Positions 17,987 through 27,387 of a stretch of DNA of 64,000 nt are shown here, one piece after another (position 1 is the first letter of the stretch; each line of letters begins with the position of its first letter). This stretch comes from a virus (taxonomy: Duplodnaviria > Heunggongvirae > Uroviricota > Caudoviricetes), in IMG/VR virus record IMGVR_UViG_3300044620_000288, positions 1-64,000 of that record, one strand, 5' to 3'. The notes under the pieces are model-generated. The model worked only from the letters and a program-made list of their open reading frames with translations. It was not told the DNA's origin and made no database searches. Made by a program: the position numbers and the translations under genes.

Positions 17987-18406
17987 TTACACTAATGAAT
18001 TAGCAAGGATGCTATCAAGTGCTTGCTCGCTGAGGTTGGCTGTGCTCACCTTTGCACGAACGTGCTGTTGAACAGCAATCTCAATGTCTGCACCAATAGT
18101 ACGCTCTTCAATTGCACAAGCTTGTAGTTCTTCCAAGTTAGCGAACACGCTCAATGCGCTTTCACGAGCAACTTGTACTGGCTTACCGTCTTCACCAATT
18201 GCAGGATTACCATCTTGGTCAAGCTGACCAATCATTGTGCTGTCAACAACAGCATAGAATGGGAACTTAACAGTATCGTTAGGTGCATAGCCTAACTCTG
18301 CCATTTGGTTCTTGTGGATGAAGAAACTTTTGCCATAAGCTGTCTTTGCAGTGAAGTTACCTTTTGCTGACCAAACGCCTGATTTAACACGTAGTTCTTG
18401 TGCCAT
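17987..18406 (-). CDS. hypothetical protein (139 aa) with codon usage of a highly expressed gene
   Basis: Codon choice resembles the capsid gene (cgt/ggt/gct/gtt-rich, GC-richer than neighbours); first gene left of the divergent region. Confidence 0.55.
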   Translation of the reverse strand: MAQELRVKSGVWSAKGNFTAKTAYGKSFFIHKNQMAELGYAPNDTVKFPFYAVVDSTMIGQLDQDGNPAIGEDGKPVQVARESALSVFANLEELQACAIEERTIGADIEIAVQQHVRAKVSTANLSEQALDSILANSLV

Positions 18407-18419
18407 AATAATTCGACAG

Positions 18420-18580
18420 TTTTTTACAAGGTGTCTCCTTGTTAGTTAATGCACGGGGGGTGGCTCCCACGCGCACTCTGCCCCCGGGTCCTTGGTATGG
18501 AGTACCCTCCCCCCTCATGGACAGGGGGGATTTTTCACGTGGAACAAATTAGGGGGGGATGAAAGTAAAGGGGTAGCTTG
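18420..18580. other. GC-rich island with multiple G/C homopolymer tracts in the divergent intergenic region
   Basis: G6 at 18454, C5 at 18481, C6 at 18509, G6 at 18524, G7 at 18553 within about 130 bp of an otherwise AT-rich genome. Confidence 0.6.
18508..18535 (+). terminator. intrinsic-terminator-like hairpin (TCCCCCC / GGGGGGA, 9-nt loop) + T5
   Basis: Perfect 7-bp G/C stem at 18508-18514 / 18524-18530 followed by TTTTT at 18531-18535 on the plus strand. Confidence 0.45.
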
Positions 18581-18595
18581 ACATTAGTTTACATA

Positions 18596-18630
18596 TTGTA
18601 AAGGTATAGGTTTACAAAAAAATAAATTTG
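18596..18630 (+). promoter_or_regulatory. candidate Bacteroidota-type promoter (-7 'TAAATTTG')
   Basis: TAnnTTTG match at 18623-18630 with an upstream TTG at 18596-18598 (spacing longer than ideal); rightward, upstream of the plus-strand gene arm. Confidence 0.3.
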
Positions 18631-18810
18631 GTGGTTATATGGAGGAGGTTGTACCTTTGGGGTGGAGGGTGGGTTAGGAATATATGCTTCCTACAGACAG
18701 TAAGTCAATGAATGGGGAAGATGTGGTGGAAAAAATAGCATAATATAGCAATAGGTTAAAAGATTGTATTTGAATATGTTAGAATTACTTCCTATCTTTG
18801 TAACAACTAT

Positions 18811-19158
18811 ATGACGGTGATATTACAAAAACTGAAGAAAGAAGAAGCTGACAGCTATAAGGTAGCTGAAAGGTATTATACTATTCTTTCTGCAGTGAAT
18901 GATCTTAGGTTGACACAAAGGGAAGTGCAGCTTCTTGCTTTTACAGCTATTAGGGGAAACATCTCCTATGCTAATATAAGGAAGGATTTCTGTGACACCT
19001 ATGGCACCACCAATCCGTCCATAAATAACATCATTTCCAGGCTGAAGAAGATGGGGGTTTTGGTGAAGGATGGGACAAAGGTGAAGGTGAACCCCAAGAT
19101 AGTATTAAACTTTGAAAATGACGTCACCCTTGAAATCAGACTTGTTCACGGACAATAA
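18811..19158 (+). CDS. hypothetical protein (115 aa), possible winged-helix DNA-binding regulator
   Basis: First plus-strand ORF after the divergent region; basic helix-rich sequence. Confidence 0.45.
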   Translation: MTVILQKLKKEEADSYKVAERYYTILSAVNDLRLTQREVQLLAFTAIRGNISYANIRKDFCDTYGTTNPSINNIISRLKKMGVLVKDGTKVKVNPKIVLNFENDVTLEIRLVHGQ

Positions 19159-19576
19159 GCCCGTAAGCCTGTCTGTCAAAGACTGGATTATTAGGAAGCT
19201 GGCTCCCAAGATGCTCATTAGTGAGAAGACCATTGAGGCTGTCATTAACCATCAGTTTCAAGAGGCCAACCAAGCGTTGACGAAACATAAGAGCTTGGAG
19301 ATCAGTGGGTTTGGGAAGTTCTTCTTCAATGACGGGAAGGCAACAAGGCAAATGGAGAAATACGAGAGCCAGGTGGCCCTGTTCACAAAGAAGCTGGAGG
19401 ACGTTAGCCTAACAGAGCAGAAGAGGAAGTCGTACGAGCTTAAGCTTCAGATAGCCTTGGATGGCATAAGAGATTTAAAACCAAGAATGTATGCTTTCAC
19501 AGATTTACGAGGGGTGGAGGAACAACCTCATCCCCCCAGACAAGTTGAAGACAGCGATATTAGAGACGAGCAATAA
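19112..19576 (+). CDS. hypothetical protein (about 150 aa)
   Basis: ORF; probably starts at the Met at 19118 to limit overlap. Confidence 0.45.
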   Translation: MKMTSPLKSDLFTDNKPVSLSVKDWIIRKLAPKMLISEKTIEAVINHQFQEANQALTKHKSLEISGFGKFFFNDGKATRQMEKYESQVALFTKKLEDVSLTEQKRKSYELKLQIALDGIRDLKPRMYAFTDLRGVEEQPHPPRQVEDSDIRDEQ

Positions 19577-19781
19577 AAGAATAAGCATTTGTAAGCAGTG
19601 TGAATTCCACTCAGCTAACAGAAAGAATTACAAAACCATCCGTCTTGACGCTCATTGCACCCATTGTGGATGCACATTGTCTGCTAAAACCAAATGTCTT
19701 TCATGTGCCTGTCCGTTAGAGAAATGGCTGGCAGAGGTTACGCAAGAACAAGAAGAGCAAATCAAAAAAGATGGAAAATAA
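19491..19781 (+). CDS. Cys-rich zinc-ribbon protein (96 aa)
   Basis: 'CKQCEFH...HCTHCGC...KCLSCACP'; overlaps the upstream ORF, so the real start may be internal. Confidence 0.4.
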   Translation: MLSQIYEGWRNNLIPPDKLKTAILETSNKRISICKQCEFHSANRKNYKTIRLDAHCTHCGCTLSAKTKCLSCACPLEKWLAEVTQEQEEQIKKDGK

Positions 19782-20028
19782 CGAGGTGATTTTCAAAAAG
19801 ATTCCGTTGAAGGTGTTTTTAGACATTCTTCACGATGCGTGGGAAAAGGGAGCAGACTATGTTGACATAGTGGGTGTCCCTGATGAAGTGCAGGATAATA
19901 TAGCTGTAGCCATTCGTGAGGAATACATGAATGTCAATCCAGAGGATGAGTTTGAAATAGACATAGAGTTAGAACATCCTGACGACAACAAAGATTTATC
20001 AGACGAAGACTTAAACCAATTAATATGA
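19771..20028 (+). CDS. acidic hypothetical protein (85 aa)
   Basis: ORF; D/E-rich C-terminal half. Confidence 0.4.
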   Translation: MENNEVIFKKIPLKVFLDILHDAWEKGADYVDIVGVPDEVQDNIAVAIREEYMNVNPEDEFEIDIELEHPDDNKDLSDEDLNQLI

Positions 20029-20205
20029 ATCCAGTAGTAGAAGCGTGGATAGTTATTGAAAAATTAGCAGCCTTGATTGCTACACCTGAAGTAAGCCCAG
20101 AGGTGAAAAAACTGGCTAATGACGAGATTGAGAAACTTCTCAGTTCTGTGATTCAGCCCAGCCTCACCAAGTTTACAGCAGCGAGCTCAGGGATCTTGCT
20201 CTAAA
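20026..20205 (+). CDS. small hypothetical protein (59 aa) - tentative
   Basis: Manual ORF 'MNPVVEAWIVIEKLAALIATPEVSPEVKKLANDEIEKLLSSVIQPSLTKFTAASSGILL' fills the gap; below the track size cut-off. Confidence 0.3.
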
Positions 20206-20495
20206 TGACAGATATGGGAAGACCCAACGATTATTACAGAGTGCTTGCACTTTTCCAGCAATTACATATATCCTACCCTAACTACAATATGGGTAGACAC
20301 ATAGCCACTGCGCTAGATGAATATGGGGATGTGTGGGGACTTAGTGATAAAGAGATACTGTTTGCTCTTGAGAAGTATAAATCAGAGCTTGACATGGACG
20401 TTCCTCACACAGATGAGAGCGAAATTGATCAGATTATAAAGGAGGGGATGAATCTGGAGAATATTCTAAAAGAAGAAGATGGCGAAGATTATTAA
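20205..20495 (+). CDS. hypothetical protein (96 aa)
   Basis: ORF. Confidence 0.4.
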   Translation: MTDMGRPNDYYRVLALFQQLHISYPNYNMGRHIATALDEYGDVWGLSDKEILFALEKYKSELDMDVPHTDESEIDQIIKEGMNLENILKEEDGEDY

Positions 20496-20814
20496 GAAAA
20501 CTACATACATTAATACAGAGCTTGAATGGGCTGAACAACAGCTCACATCATGGAAAGCTTATGTGGATGCAAATCCCCTGCATGAACTAAAAGACAGGAT
20601 TGAATGGAAACCTACAGCCAAAGGAGGAATGCTTCCTATGGTGATAGCTTCCATCGAGGCACAGGGTAAGTTCATACAAGAAACCATGAAAAATTACTTA
20701 GCACTTCTAGAGGTGGTGGAAAAACTACGTGAGAAGGAAGAAGCTAAAGTGGAAATCAGAGGCAGTGGAGAACTATCCACCATGGCTGAAGACTTCCTAA
20801 AAAGCAGACGATGA
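20479..20814 (+). CDS. hypothetical protein (111 aa); small-terminase candidate by position only
   Basis: Immediately upstream of and overlapping the large terminase gene; no motif evidence. Confidence 0.4.
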   Translation: MAKIIKKTTYINTELEWAEQQLTSWKAYVDANPLHELKDRIEWKPTAKGGMLPMVIASIEAQGKFIQETMKNYLALLEVVEKLREKEEAKVEIRGSGELSTMAEDFLKSRR

Positions 20815-22838
20815 ATGAGCTTATAAGTATAGATTACAAAGACTGGTTCATTAATCAGGGAAGACTCCCTGACCGTGAGTCAGCTGAGTATAAGTCATTC
20901 TTTGACTTTCATAAAGAGTTATGTCTAAATGGATGCATGATGAATGGGACATACATCAACCCATTCCTCTATTGGCATTTAAATGTGTGGCACACAGAGG
21001 TGGATGTTATTGATGAAAGAGGACGCATCTACCAGAAATATGCCAACCCCCTGTTACGTGATAATGAATGGATTGTGACAAATGAGATTGACAGGGCACA
21101 ACAAGAAAAAAAGGGCTTGGTGATACTAGGAATACGACGTTTTGCCAAGTCTGTTTTAGAGGCTTCTTACATAGGGTGGGGCGCAACATTTGATGAAAAC
21201 TCCCAGAATGTGATCGCTGGGTTGAACGCCCCCGACATAAAGCTGATCACAGATAAGCTGGACAAGGGCCTTAACTTCTTACCTGAAGCATGGCGATGGC
21301 AGAGAGTTGAGGATAATTGGAAAAACCAAGTCACTCTAGGTATCAAGACTCGTGGAGGAGAACGTATACCGTTCTCTCAAATCCTCATCCGTAACTTGGA
21401 TGAAGGTAATAATGAAGAAGCAATTGCAGGTACCAAGCCTCGTAAATTAATTATTGACGAGATTGGTAAGGGCAACTTCCTCAGAGGTTTTCAGGCAGCT
21501 GTGCCTGGTTTCACCACTCCGTATGGATGGGGATGTTCTCCTCTCCTGACAGGAACAGGTGGTGATATGAAGAAATTCATGGACGCTAAGTCCTTGATGT
21601 TTGACGCAGACAACTTTAACTTCCTTGCTTATAACAATGAAAAAGATGAGAGACGTGTTCATGGCTTGTTTATTTCGTATAAGTATAGAATGGAAGCTAA
21701 GGAAGAAAGTACGTTGGGTGCGTTTCTTCAACAACCTGAAGGAAGCGATCTTCATAATGTCAAGATGCTTGTAAGCAATGAAGAGAAAGCCCTTGAAATA
21801 ACTACAGCCAACCTTGAACGTCTGAAGAAAGCAGGAGATAGGGTGGCCTATCTAAAAGAAAAGATGTACTACCCACTTGAAGTGGATGACATCTTCCTGA
21901 ATGAGGACACAAATATATTTGATATAGAGGCAGCTAAACGTCAAAAGGGTAGACTGCTTAACCAGGGGCGTACAGGCACTCCTGTAGTTCTGTTTCATGA
22001 CGGAGAGAAAATCAGTCACGAGTTTACAGACAAACAGCCTATAACCAACTTCCCTCTAAAGAATAGCGATCTAAAGGATGCTCCTGTTATCATATATGAG
22101 TTTCCTATTGAAAGTCCTCCATATGGATTGTATGTAGCTGGGGTCGATCCCTACAGACAGGGACAAGCTGCCTATTCTACATCATTAGGATCTGTGTATG
22201 TTTATAAGAGAATGCACGACATAACTGGTGAGAAATATCAAGATATGTTCGTAGCTTCGTATTGTGCAAGACCTGATAAGAAAGACACCTGGGAAGAACA
22301 GGCTAGACTTCTAATCAAATATTACAATGCACGTACGCTCTGTGAGAATGATGACATCTCGTTCATAGAATATATGAAAGCAAAAGGAGATGCACACTAC
22401 CTTGAGAAACAACCTGATTGGTTGAAAGAGGTGGTGCCTGGTACAACAGTGAAGCGTGATTATGGTGTACACAGAAGCTCTGAGAAGATAAGAGACTATC
22501 TGCACAACTGCCTCAAGAAGTATATGGAGGAAGTGATATACACCGAGAAAGATGAAGATGGTAACATCATCAAAGAGGTGCAGGGAGTGTCAAAGATATT
22601 TGATCCTGTATTGCTAGAAGAGATAATTCAGTTTAACGATCAAGGTAACTTTGACCGTATCATTGCTGCAGAACTCGCTATAGCTCAGGCCCTTAAGATG
22701 GATCCTGTACTTGGTAAAGTGGGTGGTTCATCTGATCCAAGAGTGAGTGCAATATTCAAACCCAATAAGAAGAACGTTCTGTTTACAGAGTCTCGTGGGT
22801 TATTTAATAAAGTGAAAAAAAGTAAACTTTTTATATAA
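20811..22838 (+). CDS. terL: terminase large subunit
   Basis: Deviant Walker A 'LGIRRFAKSV', Walker B 'KLIIDEIG', C-terminal RNaseH-like nuclease signature 'YVAGVDPYRQG'; 675 aa; followed by portal-sized gene. Confidence 0.8.
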   Translation: MNELISIDYKDWFINQGRLPDRESAEYKSFFDFHKELCLNGCMMNGTYINPFLYWHLNVWHTEVDVIDERGRIYQKYANPLLRDNEWIVTNEIDRAQQEKKGLVILGIRRFAKSVLEASYIGWGATFDENSQNVIAGLNAPDIKLITDKLDKGLNFLPEAWRWQRVEDNWKNQVTLGIKTRGGERIPFSQILIRNLDEGNNEEAIAGTKPRKLIIDEIGKGNFLRGFQAAVPGFTTPYGWGCSPLLTGTGGDMKKFMDAKSLMFDADNFNFLAYNNEKDERRVHGLFISYKYRMEAKEESTLGAFLQQPEGSDLHNVKMLVSNEEKALEITTANLERLKKAGDRVAYLKEKMYYPLEVDDIFLNEDTNIFDIEAAKRQKGRLLNQGRTGTPVVLFHDGEKISHEFTDKQPITNFPLKNSDLKDAPVIIYEFPIESPPYGLYVAGVDPYRQGQAAYSTSLGSVYVYKRMHDITGEKYQDMFVASYCARPDKKDTWEEQARLLIKYYNARTLCENDDISFIEYMKAKGDAHYLEKQPDWLKEVVPGTTVKRDYGVHRSSEKIRDYLHNCLKKYMEEVIYTEKDEDGNIIKEVQGVSKIFDPVLLEEIIQFNDQGNFDRIIAAELAIAQALKMDPVLGKVGGSSDPRVSAIFKPNKKNVLFTESRGLFNKVKKSKLFI

Positions 22839-25423
22839 TGGCTATCATTAGATATACGAAAGATGCTACAATTAGATATGCCTATCTAAATATATTCCCT
22901 GACCAGTTTAAGACGGACAAGGAAAAGCAAGACGAAAGTTGGATAAAGAACACCATGGACTACTTTGCAAACAAGGCTTACGCTGAGTATGTAAAGAACC
23001 GTGACACCTTTGTCAAAAACTACGATTTAATAAAAGGCATCTTGAGGATGGAAGACTTCTATCAAGAGCCTACAGTGAAGAGCTTTACAGATATGATGAC
23101 AGCTGATCTTCAGCTTCCTGCATATGTAAAGATGTATTCCATCATGACCACTCCTGTGAATGAGTTGGTTGGTGAGATTAGCAAACGCCCTGATACATTC
23201 AGGGTGAAGGCATTTGATGATGACAGTAAATCTGAAGAGCTTGAGTTTAAGACACAAATCCTTCAGCAGTATGTTCTAGGAAAAGCAAAAGAGCAAATCC
23301 TAGCAAATGCTGCCATGCAAGGGGAAGAGTTGTCTGACGAAGAGGTTCAAGAAATGACTATGGATGAAGTGCAAGACACTTTGGATAGTTATACATCTGT
23401 AGCTGAGAAATGGGCTAATCACGTTTTAACATGTCAAAAAGCTGAATTCAATCTTAAGGAAAAAAGTGAAGATGCATTTCGCGATATGCTAATTTCTGGG
23501 AGAGAGTTCTATCACATATATGAAGACAACTCTAAGCTTGGTTTTAACATCGAAGTGGCTAACCCAAAAAACACTTGGTTTCTTACAACTCCTGATAGAA
23601 AGTATATTTCTGACCCTACTGGTAGAGCACAGGGTGCTTATGCCGCTGGTACAGTACAAGTTATGGAACTTTCAGAAATCATTGAAAGTATTCCTGATCT
23701 CACCAAAGAGGAGATTGATCACTTACGTTCATCTCTTCAAGATTATGGATTAATCAATGTACGTGAATCTAACCTAGGTAATCCTAATGCTATTCCTGGT
23801 ATTGACTCAGTACAATATGATACATTTGACCCTCTTGTTCTTCAGACACGTATGATTATTGAATCAGAGATGAAGGAGAACAATGACGGACTAAAAGACT
23901 TCTTAGGACTTACATCTAATGTGTCTTCATTTGGATACAAGTATGTTGTTGTTCGTTGCTATTGGTTAAGTAAGAAGAAGATTGGTAAACTCATTTATAT
24001 AGATGAGCTTGGTAATGAACAGTCTGTTCTTGTGGATGAAAGTTACAAGAGTGGAACCATGCCAACACAACAATCATTAGAATGGGGATGGATTAACCAG
24101 TGGTATCAGGGTACAAAGATTGGACCTGACATCTATCACGTTAAACCTTATAAGCTTCTCAACTATTGTCCTATCATTGGTACAACTTTTGAGGTGAAGA
24201 ATACAGAGTCTAAGTCTCTGGTAGATTTGATGAAGCCTTTCCAGGTGTTATACAACGTATGTATGAACCAGCTTTACAAACTCCTTGAGAAGGAAGTGGG
24301 TAAGGTGTATTTGACATCCATCAGACACATTCCTATTCCTAAGGATGGTGATGCTCAAGATGCATTAGACATCTGGGAAATGGAGGCAAGGAATAGAGGG
24401 GTTATGTTTATTGACGATTCTCCTGAGAACCTGAAGAGTCCTTCTAGCTTCAACCAATTTAGAGATATTGACCTCACGCGTACACAGGAGATACAATCTC
24501 GTTACACGTTAGCACAACAGCTTAAGAATGAGTGTTGGGAGCTTGTGGGTATGAGTAGACAGCGTATGGGATCTGTGTCAGCTAGTGAGAGTGCTACAGG
24601 TGTAAACACAGCTGTGTCTCAGTCTTATTCTCAAACAGAACCATGGTTTGTTGCACATGAATATGTAATGGGTCAGCTCTATCAAGCAATCATTGATGCT
24701 GCTCTATACGTAGAATCTAAGAAGCCTCAGTCTACACTCAGCTACATCACTAGCGAGGGTGAATCAGCATTTGTATCTGTAAATGGTACAGACTTAAGAT
24801 TCCGTGACTTGAAGGTATTCTTGACAAATCGTCCTGAAGATACACAAATGTTTAACGAGCTTCGTCAATTGGCTCAGCCTTTGATGCAGAATGGTGGAAG
24901 CTTGTACGATGTAATTGAGCTTTACAGCACTAAGTCTATGAGAGCTATGAAGAAAGTGTTCAAAGATCTGCGTGATAAACAGCAGGCCATGGAACAACAG
25001 AAGCTCCAGATTCAGCAACAGCAAGTTGAGCAACAGGGTCAAATTGCCCAGGCTCAGCTTCAACAAGCTCAAGTACAGAAAGAACAAGATATTGCTAATG
25101 ATAATTATCAGAATGAGCTTGATCGCATCAATAAGAAAGAGATTGCCCTGATTGCTGCTGAAGCAAAGAACATGGGTCCTCTTTCTGACGTGGATAAAAC
25201 TGGAACTCCTGACGTATTGGAAATCAGCAAGTTAAACGCAGAACAAGAAAGAACGACTAAAGACTATCAGGCAAAGATGGCTGACCTTAGTACCAAGAAT
25301 AGACTAGCTGCTGAGAAGATTGCTCTTGAAAGAGAGAAGTTACAAGTGGATCGTGAGAATCAGAGAAACGACTTAGCAATCGCTAGAGAAAATGCTAAGG
25401 GACGCTCTAAAAAACCTGAATAA
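22838..25423 (+). CDS. putative portal protein (861 aa) with Gln-rich coiled-coil C-terminal extension
   Basis: Synteny (directly after terL with ATGA overlap) and size; C-terminal 'QQKLQIQQQQVEQQGQIAQAQLQQAQVQ' coiled coil. Confidence 0.55.
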   Translation: MAIIRYTKDATIRYAYLNIFPDQFKTDKEKQDESWIKNTMDYFANKAYAEYVKNRDTFVKNYDLIKGILRMEDFYQEPTVKSFTDMMTADLQLPAYVKMYSIMTTPVNELVGEISKRPDTFRVKAFDDDSKSEELEFKTQILQQYVLGKAKEQILANAAMQGEELSDEEVQEMTMDEVQDTLDSYTSVAEKWANHVLTCQKAEFNLKEKSEDAFRDMLISGREFYHIYEDNSKLGFNIEVANPKNTWFLTTPDRKYISDPTGRAQGAYAAGTVQVMELSEIIESIPDLTKEEIDHLRSSLQDYGLINVRESNLGNPNAIPGIDSVQYDTFDPLVLQTRMIIESEMKENNDGLKDFLGLTSNVSSFGYKYVVVRCYWLSKKKIGKLIYIDELGNEQSVLVDESYKSGTMPTQQSLEWGWINQWYQGTKIGPDIYHVKPYKLLNYCPIIGTTFEVKNTESKSLVDLMKPFQVLYNVCMNQLYKLLEKEVGKVYLTSIRHIPIPKDGDAQDALDIWEMEARNRGVMFIDDSPENLKSPSSFNQFRDIDLTRTQEIQSRYTLAQQLKNECWELVGMSRQRMGSVSASESATGVNTAVSQSYSQTEPWFVAHEYVMGQLYQAIIDAALYVESKKPQSTLSYITSEGESAFVSVNGTDLRFRDLKVFLTNRPEDTQMFNELRQLAQPLMQNGGSLYDVIELYSTKSMRAMKKVFKDLRDKQQAMEQQKLQIQQQQVEQQGQIAQAQLQQAQVQKEQDIANDNYQNELDRINKKEIALIAAEAKNMGPLSDVDKTGTPDVLEISKLNAEQERTTKDYQAKMADLSTKNRLAAEKIALEREKLQVDRENQRNDLAIARENAKGRSKKPE

Positions 25424-25953
25424 TGTTTGATAGGCTAATTGACTTAATAACTGGCTGGTTTGAACAGCTGCTTCCCTTCTTTATCGTTAGAGATTTTGAG
25501 GAAGCAGTTGTTCTACGCTTTGGTAAATTCCACAAGGTAGTTAAACCTGGCTTTCATTGGCGCATCCCATTTGTGGATGATCCTATGGAACAGCATGTTG
25601 TAGTTACAACATTGAGCCTATCCCCACAGAGTCTTTACACTAAAGACAAACAGAACATTGTTGTGAAGGGGTTGATCAAATACAAAATAGCTGATATTCA
25701 GACATTTATATTAGAAGTGTATGATGCTCAGGATGCTATATCAGATATGACACAATACATTATCAAGAACATCATCATGGACAAAACCTTAGATGAGTGT
25801 ATAGATACTGAGATTGATAACATCCTCACGAAGAAAGCTAGAGTGGAGGCAAGAAAGTGGGGTGTTGAAATCCAACAAGTTACACTCACTGACATAGCTC
25901 CAATGCGTTCATACAGGATAATAAACGACACGGTGATAAACAAACTTGATTAG
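25423..25953 (+). CDS. SPFH/band-7 (stomatin/prohibitin-like) domain protein
   Basis: Band_7 signature across the protein: 'EAVVLRFGKFHKVVKPGFHWRIPFVDD...TKDKQNIVVKGLIKYKIADIQTF...KTLDEC...KWGVEIQQVTLTDIAP'. Confidence 0.65.
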   Translation: MFDRLIDLITGWFEQLLPFFIVRDFEEAVVLRFGKFHKVVKPGFHWRIPFVDDPMEQHVVVTTLSLSPQSLYTKDKQNIVVKGLIKYKIADIQTFILEVYDAQDAISDMTQYIIKNIIMDKTLDECIDTEIDNILTKKARVEARKWGVEIQQVTLTDIAPMRSYRIINDTVINKLD

Positions 25954-26074
25954 AGTAAATTAGATTAATGCTATATTATATACGAAAATGGTGTATATAG
26001 ATGCATAACTCTTTGCTATTCAACAATCTCTGACTATTTTTACAAGCGTATAAACCAATTTAAACAAACTACAT

Positions 26075-27361
26075 ATGGCTGAAAACCTAGATACCCCGTC
26101 ATTCGGTAACTTTAGTATTGAAAATACTATGGAGATGGGACCTGGAAGTACAGAACTTCTCAATGATCTTATGTCTCCTGAGACATCAACAGGTAACCCT
26201 GATGATATTCAGAAGATCGTAAAAACTGCTGAACCTCCTACTCCAGATCCAAAACCCGATGTTCCAAAAGGAAAAGAAGTTGTTCCTAAAGCAGATGGTG
26301 AAGAATTCACTGGTCAAGATCTCATATCAAGCTTCCTTGGTGATAACACTCAAGAAGATGAAGATGAAGAAGAGGCTGATCCTCAACCAGTTAAGAAGAA
26401 AGCTCCAGCAACTGAAGCTAAACCTGCTGAAGAAAATAGTAACGAAGAAGGAGAGGGAGAAGGAGAAGAGCAAGTGAGTCAATTCACAGCTTTATCTCGT
26501 GACCTTTTCAAACTCGGTGTTTTCTCAAAGGATGATGATGATGAAGAAGATATAAGCATATCCACCCCTGAAGAGTTCTTAGAACGCTTCCAAAGTGAAA
26601 AGAAAAAGGGAGCTGTTGAGATGGTGCAAAACTTCATTGGTCAGTTTGGCGAGGATTATCAACAAGCGTTTGAGGCTGTATTTGTAAAAGGTGTTAACCC
26701 CAAAGATTACTTTGGTGCATATAATAATGTGATGAGCTTCTCTGAAATGGATCTTTCACAAGAGAACAATCAAGTGTCAGTAATCAAACAAGCATTAGCT
26801 GACCAAGGTTTTGAGCCTGAAGACATTGATACAGAAGTTGAAAGACTCAAAAACTATGGTGATCTTGAGAGCGTAGCTACAAAACATCACAAAGTGTTGG
26901 TTAAGAAGGAAGCCCAGAAACTTGCCCAAATGGAGCAAAAGGCTGAGGTGGAACTCCAACAAAAACAAGCAATTAAAAACCAATACATCCAGAATGTTCA
27001 GGGAGTCCTTCAAGACAAACTGAAATCTAAGGAATTTGATGGAATCCCCATCAACCCCAAGTTGGCAAACGAACTACAAGACTTCCTGCTGGTAGATAAA
27101 TACAAGACAGCAAGCGGTGAGACACTCACTGATTTCGACAAAACCATCTTGGAATTGAAGAGACCTGAGAACCATGCAACAAAGGTGAAAGTTGCCCTCC
27201 TGCTTAAAATCCTAGAAAAAGATCCTACACTATCTACCATCCAAAGAACAGGCGTTTCAAAGAAATCGAACGAACTGTTTGGGGAAGTAGCTAGACAAGT
27301 GACTAAAACTAAGGCATCTAGCAGTGGTCAACCAGCCAAACAAAATTCATGGTTCATTTAA
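26075..27361 (+). CDS. putative scaffolding protein (acidic, coiled-coil)
   Basis: Very E/D-rich, low-complexity N-terminal half, helical C-terminal half, located between the portal and capsid-sized genes. Confidence 0.45.
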   Translation: MAENLDTPSFGNFSIENTMEMGPGSTELLNDLMSPETSTGNPDDIQKIVKTAEPPTPDPKPDVPKGKEVVPKADGEEFTGQDLISSFLGDNTQEDEDEEEADPQPVKKKAPATEAKPAEENSNEEGEGEGEEQVSQFTALSRDLFKLGVFSKDDDDEEDISISTPEEFLERFQSEKKKGAVEMVQNFIGQFGEDYQQAFEAVFVKGVNPKDYFGAYNNVMSFSEMDLSQENNQVSVIKQALADQGFEPEDIDTEVERLKNYGDLESVATKHHKVLVKKEAQKLAQMEQKAEVELQQKQAIKNQYIQNVQGVLQDKLKSKEFDGIPINPKLANELQDFLLVDKYKTASGETLTDFDKTILELKRPENHATKVKVALLLKILEKDPTLSTIQRTGVSKKSNELFGEVARQVTKTKASSSGQPAKQNSWFI

Positions 27362-27387
27362 ATTTTAATAAATAAAAGGATAACAAA

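Noticed and set aside
17770-18003. Plus-strand 77-aa ORF between minus-strand genes
   Set aside because: Wrong strand for the arm, no coupling to neighbours, AT-rich chance ORF.
18420-18560. tRNA or tmRNA in the GC island (and in 28990-29090)
   Set aside because: No GTTCRANYC T-loop, no anticodon-arm geometry and no acceptor-stem pairing could be found by eye. A proper tRNAscan/ARAGORN run would settle it.
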